A DNA stretch of 64,000 nucleotides from Bacillota bacterium (GTDB lineage: Bacteria > Bacillota > Ch66 > Ch109), in assembly GCA_050952625.1 (NCBI GenBank), contig JBMNLH010000004.1, positions 96,001-160,000 of the forward strand, written 5' to 3'. The notes under the pieces are model-generated. The model was not told the DNA's origin, searched no databases, and saw only the letters and a list, made by a program, of their open reading frames with translations. The position numbers were made by a program, and so were the translations under genes. Below, in pieces: positions 58,176-64,000 of the stretch (position 1 is its first letter; each line of letters begins with the position of its first letter).

Positions 58176-58204
58176 AGTCTACCTAAAATAACGCCTCATG
58201 TCAA
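58176..58204 (-). promoter_or_regulatory. sigmaA promoter for tRNA-Sec
   Basis: TTGACA-N17-TAGACT. Confidence 0.65.
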
Positions 58205-58221
58205 ACCCTATTCCTGTTCAC

Positions 58222-58872
58222 CTAATATATAACTTCACTATTTGCGGTTGCTGCCTCAAAGCCGGCCTCCTTTAAGACTTTGAGCACCACCTCTTCTTCA
58301 AAGGTATCCAGCTTTAAGAGCAGGTTGCCTTTATCGCCGCCTGGGGAATAAACCGTATGGGTAATATTAACCCCCAGGTCTTTCATGAGCTGAGAGATCT
58401 CGGCTAAAACTCCCACCCGGTTTTCCACCTCCAGATGAATTCGCAAACCGGATTGCCTTACCCCCATAATTTCGATAAAGGCATCAAAAATATCACTCTC
58501 CGTAATAATCCCGACTAATTGACCCTGTTCTATTACCGGGATACCCCCCACGGCATTTTCGCGCATCAAGAGAGCCGCCTGTTCCAGGTAATCGTCCGGG
58601 CTGACAGTCACCACCTTCTGATTCCGCGGTAAGATATCGCCGATTTTGGTTTTCGCCAGGAGGTAATTCAACTCAAAAATGCTCAAGGTTGTCGCCGGCG
58701 ATGGTGAGACCTGGCTAAGATCACGATCCGTCACAATCCCAATCAACTTACCCCGATCAACAACAGGCAGTCGGCGGATTTTGTTATCCTTTATCAGTTC
58801 CAAAGCCTCGGCAATAGTTGTTTTTTTACTAACCGTTATTGGGTTAGGTGTCATTCGACTCCTGACGAGCAT
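58222..58872 (-). CDS. CBS-pair plus ACT domain protein (AcuB-like)
   Basis: MTPNPITV, IRRLPVV..GKLIGIVTDRD, SPATTLS..E, NRVGVLA. Confidence 0.88.
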   Translation of the reverse strand: MLVRSRMTPNPITVSKKTTIAEALELIKDNKIRRLPVVDRGKLIGIVTDRDLSQVSPSPATTLSIFELNYLLAKTKIGDILPRNQKVVTVSPDDYLEQAALLMRENAVGGIPVIEQGQLVGIITESDIFDAFIEIMGVRQSGLRIHLEVENRVGVLAEISQLMKDLGVNITHTVYSPGGDKGNLLLKLDTFEEEVVLKVLKEAGFEAATANSEVIY

Positions 58873-59002
58873 TTTGCAGCCCCCCCTTTGTTTTAGCCTA
58901 ATGAAATGACTAACTTCTTGTCATTTTGCATCAAAGTGAAGAATCCGTTGCTCTCCATCAACCCTTAGGAGGAAGGTGAATGCTATAAACTATATCACCC
59001 CT

Positions 59003-59719
59003 TTAGCCCCGACCGCCGCCGAGATACGCTTCTTTGACCTCCTCGCTTTGGGCCAGCTCCTGGGCCGGCCCTTCTAAAACAATTCTGCCGGTCTCCAGGA
59101 CGTAGGCATAGTCAGCAATCGACAGGGCCATATGGGCATTCTGTTCCACTAAGAGAATAGTGGTTCCGGTGCGGTTGATTTCCTGGATAATCTCAAAAAT
59201 TTCCCGGACCAGCAGGGGAGCTAAGCCCATCGACGGTTCGTCCAGCAGCATCAACCGCGGCCGAGCCATTAAAGCTCGTCCAATCGCCAGCATCTGCTGT
59301 TCTCCTCCACTCAGAGTACCGGCCATTTGGCTGCGCCGCTCCTGAAGCCGGGGAAACCGCGTAAAGACCTGATTTAGGTCTTCTTTGATTCCGGCTCGGT
59401 CTTTGCGCAGATAGGCACCTAGTTCTAAATTCTCCATGACCGACATATTCGGAAACACCCGGCGGCCTTCCGGAACTTGAACTACACCCAAGGCCACTAT
59501 GTCTTGGGCTGGTTTACCGTTGATGTTAACATCATGAAACACAATACTCCCGGATTTAGGTTTTAACAGACCGGAGATAGTCCGGAGCGTCGTGCTTTTA
59601 CCGGCCCCATTCGCGCCAATGAGGGTGACAATCTTGCCGGCACCGACTTCCAGGCTTAGATCTTTTAGAGCATGAATTGCGCCATAATAAACGTTGATAT
59701 TAGAAATCTTGAGCAGCAT
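59003..59719 (-). CDS. livF: Branched-chain amino acid ABC transporter ATPase
   Basis: GANGAGKST, QVPEGRRVF, LSGGEQQML, LDEPSMGLAP, VEQN. Confidence 0.95.
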   Translation of the reverse strand: MLLKISNINVYYGAIHALKDLSLEVGAGKIVTLIGANGAGKSTTLRTISGLLKPKSGSIVFHDVNINGKPAQDIVALGVVQVPEGRRVFPNMSVMENLELGAYLRKDRAGIKEDLNQVFTRFPRLQERRSQMAGTLSGGEQQMLAIGRALMARPRLMLLDEPSMGLAPLLVREIFEIIQEINRTGTTILLVEQNAHMALSIADYAYVLETGRIVLEGPAQELAQSEEVKEAYLGGGRG

Positions 59720-59722
59720 CGC

Positions 59723-60499
59723 TCATAATACCTCCTCGCCCAGGTAAGCCTCAATCACCCGGGGGTTATGTTTGATTCCTTCGGGATCTCCCTGAGCGAT
59801 CAACATCCCATAATCAAGAACATAAATCCGTTCACAGACTCCCATAACTAGAGACATATCATGTTCGATTAAAAAAATGGTTAAGGAAAACTCCTCTCTG
59901 ACCCAGCGGATTAGCTGCATCAAATCCTGGGTCTCCTGGGGATTCATGCCGGCAGCCGGTTCATCCAGCAACAGAAGCTGCGGCTTAGTAGCCAAGGCCC
60001 GGGCAATTTCCAAACGGCGTTGTTCCCCATACGGCAGATTCCGGGCTAACTCATCTCTTTTGTTATCCAACTTAAAAATTTTTAATACTTCTAACGCCTG
60101 TCGGGTGATCTTTTCCTCGCCGCGCTTAAAGATACCCAGTCTGAAAATAGCACTACTCACTCCATAGGTAGCATGACGGTGAAGAGCAATCCGGACATTG
60201 TCCAGAACAGACAAATTGGCAAAAAGACGAATATTTTGGAAGGTCCGCGCGATTCCCTGGCGGGTGATCTGATAAGGTTTACAGCCTACCAGACTGCTGC
60301 CTTGAAACTCAATCTCTCCCCGGCTAGGCAAGAATACGCCGGTTAAGAGATTAAACACGGTGGTTTTCCCGGCCCCGTTAGGACCAATCAAGCCTACTAA
60401 TTCTCCCGCTTCGATCTCGAGGCTCAGATTATTGACCGCGTTTAACCCGCCAAAAGATTTAGATAGTTTTCTGATGCTGAGGAAGCTTATCCTGATCAC
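59723..60499 (-). CDS. livG: Branched-chain amino acid ABC transporter ATPase
   Basis: GPNGAGKTT, ARTFQNIRLF, LPYGEQRRLEIARAL, LDEPAAG, IEHDM. Confidence 0.95.
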   Translation of the reverse strand: MIRISFLSIRKLSKSFGGLNAVNNLSLEIEAGELVGLIGPNGAGKTTVFNLLTGVFLPSRGEIEFQGSSLVGCKPYQITRQGIARTFQNIRLFANLSVLDNVRIALHRHATYGVSSAIFRLGIFKRGEEKITRQALEVLKIFKLDNKRDELARNLPYGEQRRLEIARALATKPQLLLLDEPAAGMNPQETQDLMQLIRWVREEFSLTIFLIEHDMSLVMGVCERIYVLDYGMLIAQGDPEGIKHNPRVIEAYLGEEVL

Positions 60500-61511
60500 C
60501 CCGCTTTCTTCGGAAGAGATCGGTCACCTCCCGGGTACCGAGCAGCCCCTGAGGTCGGATCAGCATGACAATTATTAAAATCAAAGAAAAAATGATGACC
60601 CTGAGCTCCACAAATTGACGCAACATTTCGGTTACCAGCGTAACGAAGACGGCGGCGGTAATCGAACCGGTAATACTTCCCAGGCCCCCTAATACTACCA
60701 TCACTAGAATATCAATTGACCGGAGAAAGTCAAAAATTTGCGGGCTGATATAAACAAATAAGTGCGCAAACAGGGCACCGGATAATCCCGCAAAAAAGGC
60801 CCCAATTGAAAAGGCCAGCACCTTGTACCGGGTAGTATTGATTCCCATTGCCTCCGCGGCGATCTCGTCTTCGCGGACCGAGATAAAGGCCCGGCCATGG
60901 GTGGAATTGATTAAGTTCGCGATAATTAGGACCGCGAAAACCATTAAGACAAACGCCCAGGTAAAGTTGGTATACTTTGGCACAGCATAGCCCCGGGCCC
61001 CTCCCACCACGTCCAGGTTGATCAAGATAATTCGAATGATTTCACCAAGGCCAAGAGTGGCAATCGCCAGATAATCCCCCCGCAATCTTAAGGTAGGTAA
61101 GCCAACTAAAAAACCCAATATGGCGGCAGCTACCGCCCCAGCTAGAATCACCAAAAGAAACAAGCCAATCCGAACTAAAAAATCCAGCCACTCTATCCCG
61201 GGCAAGGACATAGGATTAACGACATTCCGGCTTAAAAAGGCACTTACGTACGCTCCTACGGCCATAAAGCCGGCATGGCCTAAAGAAAACTGACCAGTAA
61301 AGCCGTTGATTAAGTTTAAGCTGACCGCCAGCACAATGTTGATGCAAACGAGGGACAGAATCTGCATATGGTAGGGATTTAAGTTCCCGGCTCCCTCCAG
61401 ACCTAATACCGTTAGGTAAAAGGCTAAGGCCAAACCTAAGAAGAGCCAGCGTAAACCGCGGGGAGTTTTCCCCGGATCAGAACCCGAATTGTTTTTAGTT
61501 ATCTCAGCCAT
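60459..61511 (-). CDS. livM: Branched-chain amino acid ABC transporter permease
   Basis: GQFSLGHAGF, LRLRGDYLAIATLG, REDEIAA, VVLGG.GS, RPQG. Confidence 0.93.
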   Translation of the reverse strand: MAEITKNNSGSDPGKTPRGLRWLFLGLALAFYLTVLGLEGAGNLNPYHMQILSLVCINIVLAVSLNLINGFTGQFSLGHAGFMAVGAYVSAFLSRNVVNPMSLPGIEWLDFLVRIGLFLLVILAGAVAAAILGFLVGLPTLRLRGDYLAIATLGLGEIIRIILINLDVVGGARGYAVPKYTNFTWAFVLMVFAVLIIANLINSTHGRAFISVREDEIAAEAMGINTTRYKVLAFSIGAFFAGLSGALFAHLFVYISPQIFDFLRSIDILVMVVLGGLGSITGSITAAVFVTLVTEMLRQFVELRVIIFSLILIIVMLIRPQGLLGTREVTDLFRRKRGDQDKLPQHQKTI

Positions 61512-61605
61512 CCTTTGTCACCAACTTTCCAACACGCAGAGGCCATTGCCTTGAACCAACATTGCCTTGAACCAAAACAAAAGCCTAAATATATTTTACC
61601 ACTCG

Positions 61606-62481
61606 CTACACTTTCTCGCTTTGGTTTTTGCCTAAAATACCAGTTGGCTTGATCAGCAGAATAATAATCAAGATAGCAAAAGCAATAGCATCGCGATAAT
61701 CCGAGGACCAGAAGCCGACTACCAGTAACTCAGCCACTCCCATGACTAATCCGCCCAGCATTGCCCCGGGAATTATCCCGATTCCTCCCAAGACCGCCGC
61801 GACAAAGGCTTTAAGCCCGGGCAGGATGCCCATATAAGGGTCAATGCGCGGATAAGCAATGCCGACCAAAATACCGGCGGCCGCAGCCAAGGCGGAACCA
61901 ATCGCGAAAGTTACGGAAATTGTGCGATCCACATTAATGCCCATTAACCGGGCCGCATCCCGATCTTGAGAAACCGCCCGCATGGCCTTGCCGGTCCGAG
62001 TGCGGTAGATAATAAATTGCAGGATAATAATCAAAGCCAGGGATACCCCAAAAATCAGCAATTGCACGTTGCTGACCTGCACCCCGCCTAGATCAAACAC
62101 CTTAATGGCGAAAAGCTCCGGGAAGGGCCGTGGATCCGGGCCAACCCGCCAGCGCATCATATTTTCTAAAAATAACGAAACCCCGATCGCCGTAATTAAC
62201 GCGGTAATCCGGGGGGAATCGCGCAGTGGCCGATAAGCTACCTTTTCGATAATTACCCCTAGGATAGAACAGACCGCCATTGCCACCAACAGGGTTGGCA
62301 GGAAGGGCAGTCCATAGTTAGCCACCGCAAAGAAACCCACAAACGCTCCCACCATGTAGATGTCTCCATGGGCAAAGTTAATCAGTTGGACAATTCCGTA
62401 AACCATGGTGTAGCCGATGGCGATTAGCGCATAGATGCTGCCCAGGGCCAGTCCATTAACCAATTGTTGAATAAATTCCAA
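61606..62481 (-). CDS. livH: Branched-chain amino acid ABC transporter permease
   Basis: NGLALGSIYALIAIGYTMVYG..INFAHG, GKAMRA, KAFVAAVLGG. Confidence 0.95.
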   Translation of the reverse strand: MEFIQQLVNGLALGSIYALIAIGYTMVYGIVQLINFAHGDIYMVGAFVGFFAVANYGLPFLPTLLVAMAVCSILGVIIEKVAYRPLRDSPRITALITAIGVSLFLENMMRWRVGPDPRPFPELFAIKVFDLGGVQVSNVQLLIFGVSLALIIILQFIIYRTRTGKAMRAVSQDRDAARLMGINVDRTISVTFAIGSALAAAAGILVGIAYPRIDPYMGILPGLKAFVAAVLGGIGIIPGAMLGGLVMGVAELLVVGFWSSDYRDAIAFAILIIILLIKPTGILGKNQSEKV

Positions 62482-62518
62482 AATATTCCTCACCCCTGTC
62501 AGCCATAATTGGCAACAA

Positions 62519-62545
62519 GAGTAGGGGAACCGAGTTCCCCTACTC
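62519..62545. terminator. Intercistronic hairpin after the binding-protein gene
   Basis: gagtaggggaac-cga-gttcccctactc. Confidence 0.65.
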
Positions 62546-62650
62546 CGTAACCTTAGACGTCTCTTATTTGTTTAAGGCTATCGTGTTTAAGGCTAGCGTA
62601 TTAAATTGCGGGGTTTGAAAATATCTTAATCCGTTATTGGTTAGACATGG

Positions 62651-63820
62651 TTAAGGTAAAAATCTGGTTAGGAATTGCTGCTTACCCTCTTTTACCTCAA
62701 CGAAAGTAACCGACTTAATCGGGTTGCGGTTTTCATCCAGACTAATCGTGCCGGTAATTCCCTCGAAATCTTTCAGGCCATTAAGGGCATCCTTGATTTT
62801 CGCCTTATCTAATCCACCGGCCGCGTTGATGGCGTTCATTAAGGCATTCGCCGCGTCGTATCCCAGAGCAGCAAATGAATCTGGTTCTTTACCTTGATAC
62901 TTGTTTTTATAGGCTTCCACAAACGCTTTGGTCGCCGGGTCGGCAGCCGAGTAATGACAGCTGAAGATAGCTCCCTCAACTGCGTCGCCGCCAATTTCGA
63001 ACAATTGTGGTGAATCCCAACCATCCGCTCCCATCAATCTGGCGGTTAGACCTTGTTGCTTGGCCTGTTTGGCGATTAGGCCGACTGTATTATAGTAGTC
63101 GGGTAAGAACAAGATATCCGGATTGGTGCCCTTGATCTTGGTTAACTGACCATTGAAGTCCTGCTCACCTTTGCCATAGGTCTGTTCCTCAACAATGGTC
63201 CCGCCTAATTTAGTAAACTCTTCCCGGAACGAAGTCGCCAGACCGGTTGAGTAATCGTCCTGTTTATTATAAAGGATCGCTGCACTTTTAACTTTCAAGG
63301 TCTCAATGGCATACTTAGCCACTGCTTTACTCTGGTAAGGATCCAAGAAACAGATCCGAGAGATGTAGTCTCCGTTTTCGGTCACGTTCGTTGCCGTAGA
63401 GGTAGGGGTAATCATCGGCACCTGAGATGCCTGCGCTGAAGGAGCGGCGGCATTACTGCAGGAGCTGATAGTCGCACCAATGATCGCCGCTACGCCGTCC
63501 TGGTTAATCAGTTTCTGGGCCGCATTGCTGGCGTCATCAATCTTGCCTCGATCGTCCTCAACGATCGCCTTCACCTGACGACCACCGAGAATGCCACCTT
63601 TTTGGTTCATCTCCTCAATCGCCAAGAGAATTCCGTTATTAGCCGAGGTTCCATAGGTCGATACTTCCCCGCTCAGTGAATTAATAACGCCAATTTTAAC
63701 TTCTTCTGGAGGAGCCTGTCCAGCTGGAGGGGTTAGTTCGGTCTTACCCCCACAACCGGCGATAATGCTTAAGCTAAACATAAGAACCAAAAACAGGGCT
63801 AGTGTCTTTTGTCTCTTCAT
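62651..63820 (-). CDS. Branched-chain amino acid ABC substrate-binding lipoprotein (LivJ/LivK-like)
   Basis: Lipobox IIAGC; VKIG...LSG, DD.G, DYS.GL, GADGWD, ALGYDA, GITG.I. Confidence 0.92.
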   Translation of the reverse strand: MKRQKTLALFLVLMFSLSIIAGCGGKTELTPPAGQAPPEEVKIGVINSLSGEVSTYGTSANNGILLAIEEMNQKGGILGGRQVKAIVEDDRGKIDDASNAAQKLINQDGVAAIIGATISSCSNAAAPSAQASQVPMITPTSTATNVTENGDYISRICFLDPYQSKAVAKYAIETLKVKSAAILYNKQDDYSTGLATSFREEFTKLGGTIVEEQTYGKGEQDFNGQLTKIKGTNPDILFLPDYYNTVGLIAKQAKQQGLTARLMGADGWDSPQLFEIGGDAVEGAIFSCHYSAADPATKAFVEAYKNKYQGKEPDSFAALGYDAANALMNAINAAGGLDKAKIKDALNGLKDFEGITGTISLDENRNPIKSVTFVEVKEGKQQFLTRFLP

Positions 63821-63920
63821 GACCATTCCACCTTTCTGGCTAGATTTGCGGAATTTTAATTACTCCCATTAAGCTGCGGTTTTCACCCCCCTAAAACAAA
63901 GATCCTGCAGGGGATCAGGA

Positions 63921-63952
63921 AGACAGGTTTGCTGTCCCGATTTCACTGTCCC
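63921..63952. repeat. GACAG/CTGTCCC REP-like palindrome
   Basis: gacaggtttgctgtcccgatttcactgtccc. Confidence 0.6.
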
Positions 63953-64000
63953 AATAAGCAATACTTATATTTTAATCGGTCAGCCGGTTACACTGGGCAT

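Noticed and set aside
61543-61576. Short direct duplication cattgccttgaaccaa
   Set aside because: A simple slippage-type duplication with no further support.
63850-63895. T-box upstream of the liv operon
   Set aside because: GGGTGAAAACCGC only weakly resembles the T-box sequence; no specifier stem or terminator is evident in the window.

Overview
A 64-kb chromosomal segment from a Bacillota (Clostridia-type, probably spore-forming, selenocysteine-using) anaerobe. Every credible gene is on the minus strand. In transcription order: liv ABC operon and acuB-like gene; tRNA-Sec; a SOS/accessory patch (SRAP, ferritin-like, LexA-boxed dinB, YolD-like Cys-rich gene); MarR plus a GTPase-less FeoB; a 6 x 190-bp structured tandem array; a soluble hybrid histidine kinase / wHTH / double-domain KaiC / single-domain KaiC / MetOD1-V4R-NrtA-fusion signalling module; cvpA, QueG-like and selD (in-frame UGA plus SECIS); rpsF-ssb-rpsR; yybS-rplI-lonC-dnaB; five tRNAs; the SCIFF pair scfA/scfB; M23 and MA peptidases, murA, htrA, rlmH; a doubly frameshifted MazF-type TA pair; glnS; a CheY-CheX/CheX pair; an IPT/TIG plus two SLH surface-protein cluster with a TnpB remnant; M1 peptidase, argS, rpoE, pyrG and a FemABX gene. 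The best candidate for an undescribed system is the archaeal-style KaiC module at 44141-50891, which carries sigmaH- and Spo0A-like signals. At least five families of structured intergenic repeats are also present. Product calls come from motif recognition by eye, not from database searches.
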